Virus record (IMG/VR): IMGVR_UViG_3300044706_000059
Span: 1 to 64,000 of that record
Length of the DNA: 64,000 nt
Source: an uncultured virus (IMG/VR IMGVR_UViG_3300044706_000059)
Taxonomy: Duplodnaviria > Heunggongvirae > Uroviricota > Caudoviricetes > Crassvirales
Reading direction: 5' to 3' (one strand)
Translations under genes and position numbers: made by a program
The notes under the pieces: model-generated
The model's input: only the letters and a program-made list of their open reading frames with translations
Databases searched by the model: none
Told to the model about the DNA's origin: nothing
Shown here: one piece after another, positions 29,935 through 40,077 of the stretch
How positions within the stretch are numbered: the stretch's first letter is position 1
Layout: every line of letters starts with the position of its first letter

Positions 29935-30184
29935 GAAAATAGTAGAATGCGAATGCGGGTGTAATTATGGTAGCCCATGCGGCAGAAAGATCGCTTATTT
30001 ATTCTGTTACAATCGCTCTGTAGATATTGGATCACTATACATAAAAGATCATGCAGAAAAAGAGGAAAGTAAATACCAGCATATTAAAAGCATGGGCGAT
30101 AACGAAATATCTGCATTAATTGAAGTATTAACAGCAAACGATACAATTGAAGAAATTACGGATGAAGAACGAAAATTAATATAA
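29915..30184 (+). CDS. Hypothetical protein
   Basis: Operonic ORF. Confidence 0.5.
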   Translation: MGVTRYKKIVECECGCNYGSPCGRKIAYLFCYNRSVDIGSLYIKDHAEKEESKYQHIKSMGDNEISALIEVLTANDTIEEITDEERKLI

Positions 30185-30198
30185 TTAACTTAAAATCA

Positions 30199-30864
30199 AT
30201 GACAACTGAACAAAAAATAGAAGCTATTCAATTGGCTATTAAAAAAGCAAACAATCTTGAATCTAAAATGGATGATGTGGCGTGGTCAGTGCCGGCGCTA
30301 TCTTCTTTGCGTATACGGCATTTAATGAATAACCTGGGGGCAATATCAACAAGGTATATGGAACACGGCACACACAAAGGGGGGCTTTTTTGTTCTGTTT
30401 TAAGGAATAATCCTAATATTGAGATTGCCTATTGGGGGGACAGTTTTGCTTCGGATAAAATCACAGGCGAAAATGTGGAAGAACAATTCGAGATAAACTA
30501 TTTAAAATGCATAGAGGGAACGGATGTTCTTATCCTTGGTGCCGTAGATGATACCTTCAATTTATACCCTAATTTCGGGGATGGGGTTGATTTATATTGC
30601 TTTGATGCAGATCATTCATATGAAAGCCAGAGAAAGGCTATGAGCCATTTTTTGCCATCAATGGCAAGCGTCTTTGTTGTGTGTGTTGACGATTGGCAAT
30701 ATGGTGATGTTAAGCAAGGAACCTTGGATGGTATAGCGGACAGCAAGTGTGAGGTGTTGTTTCATCAGGAATTATTAAATTCAGAACCGTATAATGAAAA
30801 TGAACATCGGAATGATGAATATTGGCGCGGGTTTGCAATTTTCTTATTAAGAAAACCAGAATAA
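30199..30864 (+). CDS. Class I SAM-dependent methyltransferase (Methyltransf_24-like)
   Basis: YMEHGTHKGG..DLYCFDADH..VDDW. Confidence 0.8.
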   Translation: MTTEQKIEAIQLAIKKANNLESKMDDVAWSVPALSSLRIRHLMNNLGAISTRYMEHGTHKGGLFCSVLRNNPNIEIAYWGDSFASDKITGENVEEQFEINYLKCIEGTDVLILGAVDDTFNLYPNFGDGVDLYCFDADHSYESQRKAMSHFLPSMASVFVVCVDDWQYGDVKQGTLDGIADSKCEVLFHQELLNSEPYNENEHRNDEYWRGFAIFLLRKPE

Positions 30865-31367
30865 TGGAAATTATTATTACCTCTGAACTGTATGGTAGTC
30901 ATAAGGTTTATTATGACGATGAAGATCATAATTTAGTGAGTCAATTCAATTGGCATATTGCAAAGGGGAAGAGGGATGTTTTTTATGTAAGGGCAAGAGT
31001 GCCAAATAAATTAAGGGGGAAATTTGGCTTTAACTCAATTCGGATGCATAGGTTGATTATGGGGGCGAATGAAGAGCAGGTGGTAGATCATATTGATCAT
31101 GACGGTTGCAATAATAAAAAAAGCAATTTACGGTTTGTGTCAAGCAAAGAAAGCATGGCAAACACAAGAAAACATTCAGATGGCCTGACCGGTTTCAAGG
31201 GTGTTACTTTTCAAAAGAAGAAAGGTTTATATCATGCCAGGATAAGGGTGGATGGCAAATTAATATCACTTGGTAGAAGTAAAAATCCTATAATAGCAGC
31301 CGAGAAATATAACAAGGCCGCCTTAAAGTATTTTGGTGAATTTGCTCATTTAAATGCTATACCATAA
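30864..31367 (+). CDS. HNH-AP2 homing endonuclease (start at ATG 30864)
   Basis: MHRLIM..VDHIDHDGCNNKKSNLR; AP2 domain FKGV..ARI..LG..AAEKYNKAA..FGEFA. Confidence 0.85.
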   Translation: MEIIITSELYGSHKVYYDDEDHNLVSQFNWHIAKGKRDVFYVRARVPNKLRGKFGFNSIRMHRLIMGANEEQVVDHIDHDGCNNKKSNLRFVSSKESMANTRKHSDGLTGFKGVTFQKKKGLYHARIRVDGKLISLGRSKNPIIAAEKYNKAALKYFGEFAHLNAIP

Positions 31368-31576
31368 TGAAGACTATACCCCAATACAAGGGAAAAGACC
31401 TGATTGAAAATATTCACCTAATGAATGACGACGACTATAATGTTGTGAGAAATAGAGAAATAATATTTCATTCACATGATTTATACGAGGCTCAAAATGT
31501 TGCAGCAAAAGAAAAGGGCGTTATTTTCGGGAAGGGGATTATATATTTTTTCAGCATAATCAATTGTAATGAATAG
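31367..31576 (+). CDS. Hypothetical protein
   Basis: Coupled ORF. Confidence 0.5.
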   Translation: MKTIPQYKGKDLIENIHLMNDDDYNVVRNREIIFHSHDLYEAQNVAAKEKGVIFGKGIIYFFSIINCNE

Positions 31577-32321
31577 AACATTAGGCGGTAGCCTTTTTAT
31601 ACGGAATGGAGAAAAGTTTGACTTTTGCTATAAAGAGGCAATACGATGCTTGCTTGAATTTTGCGATAGAGTAGCGGTATGTGTAGTCCCTACCGATGAC
31701 AATACTGCATCAGGTGTGTACGATACCCTTGTTGGTAGAGGAATTATAAGATATGTTTCAAATATAGAGTGGGAACATATGCAGTTTCATGGCAAGCATC
31801 GACTTTCTATTTTTACTAACTACGCCATAGAAATGCTGGACACAGACTATGTATTCAACTTGCAAGGCGACGAGATAGTAGACCCTAGCAGTTATGAATG
31901 GATTCGCAGGGCAATACAAGAGGGCCAAGAAGGCTACTTATGTAGCCGGGTGAATCTATGGAGTAGCCCCTACACTCAACTTAACGTGCCACACGCTCGT
32001 AAACCATGTAGCACCGAGATCGTAAGACTTGCCAAAACGTGTTATAGGGCTTATGACGACGCTGAAAGCATCGCGGCACCAGTTGATAGCAAATTCTTGG
32101 ATAAGATCAAGATATGGCATATGGGCTTTGTGCGTAAAAGAGAAGTGCACCCGGCTAAGATCAGGGAAATGCAAAGTAATATTTTCAGGTGTGGGGTTGA
32201 CGAAAAGCTAACTGGCATGGAGGTATTTGATTCAACTAAATGGTTCAGCCCCGATGATCTTATACCTATTCAGGGTGAATTGCCTCCACTAATTCAAAAA
32301 TGGGCAAAAGAAAGAGAGTAA
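31569..32321 (+). CDS. GT2-like glycosyltransferase
   Basis: GSLFIRNG..TDDNT..FNLQGDE..IWHMGF. Confidence 0.75.
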   Translation: MNRTLGGSLFIRNGEKFDFCYKEAIRCLLEFCDRVAVCVVPTDDNTASGVYDTLVGRGIIRYVSNIEWEHMQFHGKHRLSIFTNYAIEMLDTDYVFNLQGDEIVDPSSYEWIRRAIQEGQEGYLCSRVNLWSSPYTQLNVPHARKPCSTEIVRLAKTCYRAYDDAESIAAPVDSKFLDKIKIWHMGFVRKREVHPAKIREMQSNIFRCGVDEKLTGMEVFDSTKWFSPDDLIPIQGELPPLIQKWAKERE

Positions 32322-32354
32322 CTATAACGTTTTAGTTCCACGTGGAAACAAATA

Positions 32355-32381
32355 ACCCCTGATTTTTAAAACATCAGGGGT
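32355..32381. terminator. Hairpin between convergent genes
   Basis: ACCCCTGAT/ATCAGGGGT 9-bp stem. Confidence 0.6.
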
Positions 32382-32412
32382 ATGCAAAAACTAACCCATT
32401 AAGACACAGAGT

Positions 32413-32682
32413 TTATGCACCGTTGCTTACTAACTGACTAGTGGTGCTGTCCGTATAAAATTTAATAGGGTTGGCTGAAACACCAGAGGCTGATTGCTCA
32501 ATTATAGAGTTCATAATTACTCCATTTGAGGTAATACCAAGAGGTGCGGGATAAAATTTTAATTGAGCTACATTGAGAAATGTATTTGCTCTACCGTTGG
32601 TTGCTCCAGGAAGGTCGCGTAAACCAAATCCTTTATCGTAGCCATAAATTGATGCTACAATACGTGGTGCTGTTAAGGCCAT
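32413..32682 (-). CDS. Small reverse-oriented protein, virion-like composition
   Basis: 89 aa, rich in A/G/S/T/N; only minus-strand gene in the right half. Confidence 0.65.
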   Translation of the reverse strand: MALTAPRIVASIYGYDKGFGLRDLPGATNGRANTFLNVAQLKFYPAPLGITSNGVIMNSIIEQSASGVSANPIKFYTDSTTSQLVSNGA

Positions 32683-32786
32683 AACTCATTAATTTTTAGT
32701 TATTAATAAAACTTTTTTGTCCCATTACGGGATTTCTGTAATATAAAAATAAACAAATAACTAATTGCTACAACGTTTTAGTTTTT

Positions 32787-33599
32787 ATGGGTCTGATTAG
32801 CGTAAAACATAGTATGCCGGGGGGCGATTTGGTAAGCCTGCTTCCGTCCTTAAAACATCTATATGATACAACCGGTAATAAATCCGTCATATATCAACGG
32901 GTGAACTTATCATATGCAGATTTTGGGGGCGCTTACTTGGGGGCGACTTATTCCATAAAGGATGAAAATAAAATGCCGGTATCAATGAATAGTGCAGTTT
33001 TTGAAGCACTGAAACCTTTATTGTTATATCAATCTTACATCGAGGATTTCAAAGAATGGGGGACAGAAGAAGTGGACTACGATATGGATTTACTTCGCTC
33101 TATGGAAACAACAATGCCAATGGGCAATATTCAACGATACCCTGGTTATGTATTCCCTGAAATGCAATGTAATTTAAGCGAGCAAAGTGTTTTCTTGCCT
33201 AATAAATTCAACAATGAAGCATTTGGGAAAATCTTAATAAATAGGACTGAGCGGTATAACAATATGTTTATAAGCTATACATTCCTAAAAAAATATAAGG
33301 ATGAAGTATTATTTATTGGGTTGCCCCATGAACACGAAATATTCTGCAAGCAAAACAAATTGGATATCCAACACTTATATTTGGGAAACTTCTTAGAAAT
33401 AGCTATCGCATTGGAAAGTTGTAAGGTATTCATTGGGAATCAAAGTATGTGTTTTCAAATAGCTGAGAATCTTAAAATACCTAGAATTTTAGAAGTATGC
33501 AAGCAGATTCCAAATGTTATCGGTAATGGCCCCTATTTCTATGATTTCCTTTATCAAAAAGGATTAGAATGCTGGACGGATAAATTATATAATAAATAG
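32787..33599 (+). CDS. GT9-like glycosyltransferase
   Basis: HSMPGGDLV..INRTERY..FIGL..FIGNQS..AENLKIPRILEV. Confidence 0.75.
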   Translation: MGLISVKHSMPGGDLVSLLPSLKHLYDTTGNKSVIYQRVNLSYADFGGAYLGATYSIKDENKMPVSMNSAVFEALKPLLLYQSYIEDFKEWGTEEVDYDMDLLRSMETTMPMGNIQRYPGYVFPEMQCNLSEQSVFLPNKFNNEAFGKILINRTERYNNMFISYTFLKKYKDEVLFIGLPHEHEIFCKQNKLDIQHLYLGNFLEIAIALESCKVFIGNQSMCFQIAENLKIPRILEVCKQIPNVIGNGPYFYDFLYQKGLECWTDKLYNK

Positions 33600-33625
33600 G
33601 TAAATTTGATAAACCACATAACTAC

Positions 33626-33850
33626 ATGGCTGTCAAAATAAAGACATCAAAAAACAAAGGCCCGATAGAATATCCTGATGATCATAAACCAGGGATCAGA
33701 GTGCCGCTCAATGGCTCATGTTGTTTAACATGCGAATATTACAAGGGGAGTGATCTCTGTAGTAACGAATATTTCAAAAAGTGGAATGGTTCTGAAAAGC
33801 TACCTTATCCAGCTGAGGAATACTGTTCTGATTGGTATGAACAAAAATGA
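33626..33850 (+). CDS. Small Cys-rich protein
   Basis: SCCLTCEYY..C..YCSDWY; TAAATTTG -7 box upstream. Confidence 0.6.
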   Translation: MAVKIKTSKNKGPIEYPDDHKPGIRVPLNGSCCLTCEYYKGSDLCSNEYFKKWNGSEKLPYPAEEYCSDWYEQK

Positions 33851-33856
33851 TAAATA

Positions 33857-34129
33857 ATGACAATCTTAGAAAAAATAAATCAATTGCATCCTAATGGTGG
33901 CTTTGTTGGTGGGCTAACAAGTTTAATTGTAGGGCCAGTAGGAATTGGATTTCAGGTATATCATAGTAGTGATGCTAAAAGTCAAATATGGTTTAAAGAA
34001 AATGATGCAATTCCAATAACCAATATAAAAGATGGGAAGGTATTTATTCGCCCATTTTTAAATGAAATCCCTGTATCTATTGATGGTAAATTTAAAGGGC
34101 TAAAATATTCAATTAAGAGCCATGAATAG
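33857..34129 (+). CDS. Hypothetical protein
   Basis: Operonic ORF. Confidence 0.5.
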   Translation: MTILEKINQLHPNGGFVGGLTSLIVGPVGIGFQVYHSSDAKSQIWFKENDAIPITNIKDGKVFIRPFLNEIPVSIDGKFKGLKYSIKSHE

Positions 34130-34256
34130 ACGTTTTTTAATAAAAGGCATTTTAACCCTAGTAGCCGCGCCAAAGATATTGAGTGAGATAGATTTTAAGC
34201 CACCTTTAGTGATGAAGGCCGGAGCAACAATTTTATGAAATTAAAAATGTAATTAA

Positions 34257-34937
34257 ATGAGCAAACTAACCCATGTAGAAGATAGGATAGTAGTAAAAAT
34301 AAATATGAGTTATAAGGATAGTCATACATTCTCCAATGGTATGAAGATCTCGTTAGAGCGTAAATATAATAACTTCGATGAAAAATATACCAAACCGGTA
34401 AATGCTATCGTAGTATCTGCTAAACATATACCAGAAGGATCAGAAATATTAATTCATCATAATTGCACACACGATACTAATAGGCTTTTTAATTATCAAA
34501 AACTATCTGGTAAAGTTGAAGCAGATGATGTTCGTTATTTTTCTATATCTGAAAATGATGCATTTGTATGGAGAAGTAATGGAGAATGGCAACCATTACC
34601 TGGATATGATTTTGCTTTAAGGGTATTCAGGCCATATAAAGGAAGTCTACAAGGCATCGAACCAGAAAAAATACTTTCAACCCTTCTCGTAACTACTGGT
34701 GAATATAAAGGATTAATTTGTCATACCATTAAAGCAGTTGATTATGAATTAATTTTTCAGGATGTTACAGGTAGGGAAGCTCGTTTAATACGAATACGTA
34801 CGCATGGAGATGAAAAAACACAAAGAGAGGAAGAAATAGTCGCCATTAATCATAGTTTAACTAAACTGTATAATGAAGGAAAACTTCTAGCTGGCCTTTC
34901 AAAATCTGATGCTAAACCAATAAAGGAATACGGATGA
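34257..34937 (+). CDS. GroES-like extended phage co-chaperonin
   Basis: DRIVVK..GMKI..AIVVS..GSEILIHHN; lies just ahead of the terminase genes. Confidence 0.5.
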   Translation: MSKLTHVEDRIVVKINMSYKDSHTFSNGMKISLERKYNNFDEKYTKPVNAIVVSAKHIPEGSEILIHHNCTHDTNRLFNYQKLSGKVEADDVRYFSISENDAFVWRSNGEWQPLPGYDFALRVFRPYKGSLQGIEPEKILSTLLVTTGEYKGLICHTIKAVDYELIFQDVTGREARLIRIRTHGDEKTQREEEIVAINHSLTKLYNEGKLLAGLSKSDAKPIKEYG

Positions 34938-35161
34938 AAAATTATATAGATAAAGTAGATAACAAAACCAGGTGCGATCACCCACAAGTAATTAAGTTTT
35001 ATGAATGGGGTGGCTGTTCCATGACAGATGCATCAAATAAAATATACCATTACGCCACTATTATATTAAAAGATGGAACTCGTAGAGATTTTGGGCCTAA
35101 CGAAGATCACGAGGTGTCCTATTATGATTGTAATACTTTTTTAAACCAAATAGGCGAATAA
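34934..35161 (+). CDS. Hypothetical protein
   Basis: Coupled ORF. Confidence 0.5.
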   Translation: MKNYIDKVDNKTRCDHPQVIKFYEWGGCSMTDASNKIYHYATIILKDGTRRDFGPNEDHEVSYYDCNTFLNQIGE

Positions 35162-35163
35162 GT

Positions 35164-35496
35164 ATGTCTGATGAAAAAGAACTACTCAAGAAAATAAAAG
35201 AACTAGAAACAAAGGTTAGGATATATGAAGATAATGGAGCGGCAAAACTATACTACGCACTTAACCGAAAAATGAATGAGATGGGAGATATGCTAAATGA
35301 TAATTCTCTAAATAGCATAAACTTAGATGACCCTAAAGACAAGAGCTTTGATAGAATATTCAAGTTATTAGAAAAAAGTGAAACGGTTGCTAGTTCCGCC
35401 AAAGTATTAGGAACTATTGCAGGCATTACTGGAGATGAAGAAAAAGACGTGGCCCGAAAACCATTTATTGAAACCGTTGCAACTAGGAGGGATTAA
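35164..35496 (+). CDS. Putative terminase small subunit
   Basis: Small helical protein coupled to the large terminase. Confidence 0.55.
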   Translation: MSDEKELLKKIKELETKVRIYEDNGAAKLYYALNRKMNEMGDMLNDNSLNSINLDDPKDKSFDRIFKLLEKSETVASSAKVLGTIAGITGDEEKDVARKPFIETVATRRD

Positions 35497-37571
35497 TGTT
35501 ATCTGTTGATATATATGGTTCACTTATTTATACCGCCGATAATCCATTAGAGACATTAATTGAAGGATGGGGCAGAGAAAGACATGAACAGATTTGGAGA
35601 CGGCGTGAATTACCATCCTTTTTTAATAATGTAGAGTATGATAAAGATGACAATGCCATTCTTACTCCACAACAAGAACAATTTGCACGGGAAGAAGTAA
35701 TTAAATGTAAGGAGGGTTATTGGTTCTTTAATAATGGAGTTCCAACCTATATAACTGGTAAACACTATTTTTATCTTAACTGGTGGAAGCTAGAGGATGA
35801 TATTTATCCTGAATACCGAGACACTGACCGCCGGTATTTTTTATTTTTAAATCATTGGGAAAATGTACTATGGTGTTTAGGTATTTTTAGGGGTAAAAAA
35901 CGTCGTGAGGGAGCTAGTTCACAAGCGACTTCTAACTTAGTATATGAATGTATTTTCTTTACTAACAGTAATTGCGGGCTTGTAAGTAAAACTCAAATTG
36001 ATAGCCGAGATACGTTTACCGACATGGTAAGGCATGGATACACTCAATGCCCCATATTTTTAAAACCAAGACAATTAAATCGGGCAGATAGTGTAACAGA
36101 ATTAGTATTTGCAGCAAGATTGAAAAATGGAGAGGCTGTAGATGGGGGACAGAAATCAAAAATAAATTATAGGGCACCTGTTTTAAATGCTTACGATAGA
36201 GGTCGTATGACTCGAATATTAGCTGATGAGGGTGGGAAATGGCCGACTGAGGTAGATTTTGCTAAATTTATTTCAATAGTAAGTAAAACTATGGTGAAGG
36301 GAGCTAAGCGGGTAGGCTTTTGTGAGGCACCATCCACCGTCAACGAAATGACTAAAGGTGGAGGTGCAGCTTTCAAAAAAGCGTGGGATGGAGCTAATCA
36401 ATTTAAATATCCAAATAGACCAACTCCCAACCGATTTGTTACTTACTTCTCTCCAGCATATGATGGATATGAGGGCTTTATTGATCGACATGGTATGTCA
36501 GTTATAGGAGAGCCAACCCATGAGCAATTCCAATACCTGGTTGACAAATGGGTTAAGAAAGACCCCATTACTGGTATAGTTGTATCCGAACTTACAGAGG
36601 AGGATATAAAGATGGGCGCTCGTCAATATGTAATGGTTAAAAGACGAGAAGGATTGACAGGTGATTTGTTAGAAGAAGAAATACGCATGAACCCTTGCAC
36701 AGTCGAGGAAATGTTTGAAGCTGCTAATATAGGTTGCGTTTTTAATTCATACAATATTACAAAAAGAGAAAAAGTTTTAGAAGAAAATCCTATTTATAAG
36801 AGAAAGGTTATCTTCTACCGAGATTTAGATGGAGTAGTAAAATGGCGAGATATTCAAGAAAGCGAAAAAAACTTCCATTGGTCTATAACTGCATTCCCAC
36901 CAAAAGGACAAGAAAATAAATATAGGTTTGAAAATAAACTACGATACCCTGGAAGAACTGAAATTGGCGCTATTGCAGTAGATGGCTATAGCAACAGCCA
37001 AGGTGGAAGAAAATATGGTTCAAAAGCATCTGCGTGGATTGGATTAAGACCAGATATTTTAGACCCTTATAATACAGGCAAAGCCATTGGGCACCTTTAT
37101 GGACGACCGGCTGTAAAAGAGACATTACATGAACAAGTGATGCTGGCCGCAGAATACTTTGGATTTAAAGTATGGTATGAACATAATAGCGACGATTATT
37201 TGTCATATTTTAGAGATAGGGGGAAAGTAGGATATCTGGGAACTTACCCATTAAGTACAATTGATCCAACAAAAAGAGCGGATGCAGACCGTTTTAAAGG
37301 GTTCCCTACTACGCCCTTTAGTTTAACCAAGCAATTAGATTGCGGGATAGCTTATTTTGAACATTATTGCGATTTAATAGATTTTGAGGAACTTTTACAA
37401 AATGCCAAGCTGTTCGATCCATATAATCGAACTGCCTACGATACTGTAGTTTCTTTTTTAATGCTTTTAGTATGTTTAATGGAACCAATACGCAAGCCTA
37501 AACCACCAACAGAACCATTAGTAAGAAGCTATATTAATACCTACGGTAATCAAAATTTTTTAGGTAATTAA
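35496..37571 (+). CDS. terL: Terminase large subunit
   Basis: KKRREGAS Walker A-like, ILADEGGKW Walker B, IAVDGY nuclease motif. Confidence 0.9.
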   Translation: MLSVDIYGSLIYTADNPLETLIEGWGRERHEQIWRRRELPSFFNNVEYDKDDNAILTPQQEQFAREEVIKCKEGYWFFNNGVPTYITGKHYFYLNWWKLEDDIYPEYRDTDRRYFLFLNHWENVLWCLGIFRGKKRREGASSQATSNLVYECIFFTNSNCGLVSKTQIDSRDTFTDMVRHGYTQCPIFLKPRQLNRADSVTELVFAARLKNGEAVDGGQKSKINYRAPVLNAYDRGRMTRILADEGGKWPTEVDFAKFISIVSKTMVKGAKRVGFCEAPSTVNEMTKGGGAAFKKAWDGANQFKYPNRPTPNRFVTYFSPAYDGYEGFIDRHGMSVIGEPTHEQFQYLVDKWVKKDPITGIVVSELTEEDIKMGARQYVMVKRREGLTGDLLEEEIRMNPCTVEEMFEAANIGCVFNSYNITKREKVLEENPIYKRKVIFYRDLDGVVKWRDIQESEKNFHWSITAFPPKGQENKYRFENKLRYPGRTEIGAIAVDGYSNSQGGRKYGSKASAWIGLRPDILDPYNTGKAIGHLYGRPAVKETLHEQVMLAAEYFGFKVWYEHNSDDYLSYFRDRGKVGYLGTYPLSTIDPTKRADADRFKGFPTTPFSLTKQLDCGIAYFEHYCDLIDFEELLQNAKLFDPYNRTAYDTVVSFLMLLVCLMEPIRKPKPPTEPLVRSYINTYGNQNFLGN

Positions 37572-37580
37572 GCTAAATCG

Positions 37581-37610
37581 TTGTAGATCAATTAAAAAAT
37601 CTTACATTTG
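37581..37610 (+). promoter_or_regulatory. Bacteroidota sigma-A-type promoter for the portal operon
   Basis: TTG (-33) ... TACATTTG (-7). Confidence 0.6.
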
Positions 37611-37627
37611 ATTAACTTTCTTGATTA

Positions 37628-40069
37628 ATGCCTGATAATCAAAACAATAGTATTGGAATTTCCGGCCAATCGTATAAAGATTTTCTTCTTACAAAGAATA
37701 TCCAAGATAAACTTGACCCTAAATACGGCAAACAGTTGGCTATGGATATTGAAGCTAAATATTCGGCCGGGGTTGCAAACGGATATTCGTTTTTAAGAAA
37801 TGATCGTTTTAAGACTAATATTTTATGGTCTGCTGGTAAAATAAATGCCTATGCTTTATTCGCTGATCTTTTAAACTTCAATGGAAAAATAAATTACGCA
37901 AACATTGATTGGAAACCTTTAATGATAATTAATAGAATTATCAGTGGGTTAGTAGGTCGATGGATGCAACGAATAGAAAAGGTTCATGTTACTGCTATTG
38001 ACCCTATATCTGTTAATGATAAAAAAGAACAATACGAACAAGCTGAATTTGTTTTATACAATCGAAAACAACTAGAACAATTACAACAAGAATCGGGAGT
38101 ACCTATGATACCTCCTGATCAATTTGTAGCAGAAGATAAAGATGATTTAGAAGAATGGGCAATAACGGGGCAGAAATTACCAGAAGAAATAAAGTATGAA
38201 ACAGGGACTAATGATATTCTACAGTCACAGGGATTTTTTGATGTTTTAAAGAAAAAATTACTTCATGATTCAGCCGAATGTGGCCTAGTGGGTACCTATG
38301 TTTGGATGGATGAATATGGTGTAATTCATGTAGAATGGGTAAAACCTTTGAACACATTCTATTCATATTCAGAATACGATGATTTCAGAGATACTGCTAT
38401 GCGTGGTTATGTGAAATCTATGAAGATTTCAGAGCTACGCAGGAAATATGGGAAGGAATTTGGGGGTAAGTTAACAGAAGAAGAAATATTTCAAATAGCC
38501 CAAACATCTTACGAATATCAACGATTCGATAAACTTACATGGAATTATGATTGGTTATTAGCATATATACGACCATATGATGAATGGAACGTAGAATGCC
38601 TTGTATTCTGGATTAAATCAGTAGATGAAGATGGTTATTTAATGACTGTTACTAAACAGAATAAAAGAACCATCATTGAACGAAGACAACAAGCTCCAAC
38701 TAATTTAGATGAAAATCAAGAGTTCGTAAAAAAAGATAAGTGGAATCTGTATAAAGGAGTATATGTTAGATATGCTCAAAAGATGTTGGAATGGGGGTTA
38801 GATAACAATATGATTCGGCCTCAAGACCCAAAGGAATGTGGTGATGTAGAGTTTCCAATAAGTCTTTATATGTATCAAAATCAGGATATGCGAAATATTG
38901 CACTCCCTGAAAAAATAGAAGTGCCAGTTAAGCAAATGATGGTTATTTACTTTAAGATGCAACAAGTAATAGCCACAATGATACCTCCAGGCGCTGCAAT
39001 TAATATAGATGCATTGCAAGAAGTTCAATTGGGGTTAGCTGCGGATGGAGAAAGCTCAATAAACGTACAAAAACTATATGAACAAACCGGCAGATTATAT
39101 TACCGTGGCCGAGATGCCGAAGGGAATGCATTACCAGTTCCAATTACAGAACTGCAAAATGCAGGATTTATTGGAGCAATGAACGGGTTAATTGATCAAT
39201 ACCAATTTCAGTATGGAGTTTTAAAGGATCAATTAGGGGAAGACCCAAATCTTATTACTCAGGCCGTTCAACCACGTGTTACATCGGAAAATGTTGAAGC
39301 ATCCCAACAAGCCGCGGCATTCGCTACCGATTATATGTATGATGCTTATTCTGCTGTGATGGCTGAAACTGCAAAAAAAGTAGCATGCTTACTTAATAAT
39401 TCAGTCCGGTTCGGCAGTAAGGCTTATCATCATTTAATGCAAGAGGAAGATGTAGCTGATCGACAGTTTGCAACTAGATTTGAAATGCTTCCAGATCAAT
39501 ATGAATTAATGGATTTAAAGAATTTTATGAATCAGTCATTGGCTGCCAATCCTCCATTAATTCAGTATTTAGACCCGTTTAGAATAATGAGAATAGCTAA
39601 AGAAAACGTAAAATTAGCATCTCTTTATTTAAGAAATGCCATGAAACGAATGAATAGGGCAGAATCTGAAAAGGCGCAACAACTTAGTCAGCAAAATGCC
39701 CAGGTACAAGCAATGGCGGCTCAACAGAAGGCGCAAGGAGATATGCAGTTACAAACTCAGAAATTGCAAGTAGAAAAGGAATTAGAAGAATATAAAGGGT
39801 TACAAGCCATGAAGCTGGCTATAGTGCAAGGTGCGATGCAAATCGCAGCTAAATCCGAAAATCCTCAAATGCCTACTTGGCTAGCTCCTGTTTTAAATCA
39901 ATTGGTGCCCAATTTAACTATACCAATCGACCAAGAAAATCAACAAATGGCTCAATTAATTCAAGGGCAAGCTATGCAACAACAGCAAAAGCAACAAGAA
40001 TCTCAAGAGCCAGCAAGCGAAGAAATGCAAGAAAGTCCTGAAATGGTACAACAAGAACAAATTCAATAA
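37628..40069 (+). CDS. Portal protein
   Basis: 813 aa after TerL; NYANIDWKP, VTAIDP, LYEQTG; Q-rich C-terminus. Confidence 0.85.
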   Translation: MPDNQNNSIGISGQSYKDFLLTKNIQDKLDPKYGKQLAMDIEAKYSAGVANGYSFLRNDRFKTNILWSAGKINAYALFADLLNFNGKINYANIDWKPLMIINRIISGLVGRWMQRIEKVHVTAIDPISVNDKKEQYEQAEFVLYNRKQLEQLQQESGVPMIPPDQFVAEDKDDLEEWAITGQKLPEEIKYETGTNDILQSQGFFDVLKKKLLHDSAECGLVGTYVWMDEYGVIHVEWVKPLNTFYSYSEYDDFRDTAMRGYVKSMKISELRRKYGKEFGGKLTEEEIFQIAQTSYEYQRFDKLTWNYDWLLAYIRPYDEWNVECLVFWIKSVDEDGYLMTVTKQNKRTIIERRQQAPTNLDENQEFVKKDKWNLYKGVYVRYAQKMLEWGLDNNMIRPQDPKECGDVEFPISLYMYQNQDMRNIALPEKIEVPVKQMMVIYFKMQQVIATMIPPGAAINIDALQEVQLGLAADGESSINVQKLYEQTGRLYYRGRDAEGNALPVPITELQNAGFIGAMNGLIDQYQFQYGVLKDQLGEDPNLITQAVQPRVTSENVEASQQAAAFATDYMYDAYSAVMAETAKKVACLLNNSVRFGSKAYHHLMQEEDVADRQFATRFEMLPDQYELMDLKNFMNQSLAANPPLIQYLDPFRIMRIAKENVKLASLYLRNAMKRMNRAESEKAQQLSQQNAQVQAMAAQQKAQGDMQLQTQKLQVEKELEEYKGLQAMKLAIVQGAMQIAAKSENPQMPTWLAPVLNQLVPNLTIPIDQENQQMAQLIQGQAMQQQQKQQESQEPASEEMQESPEMVQQEQIQ

Positions 40070-40077
40070 CAACAATT

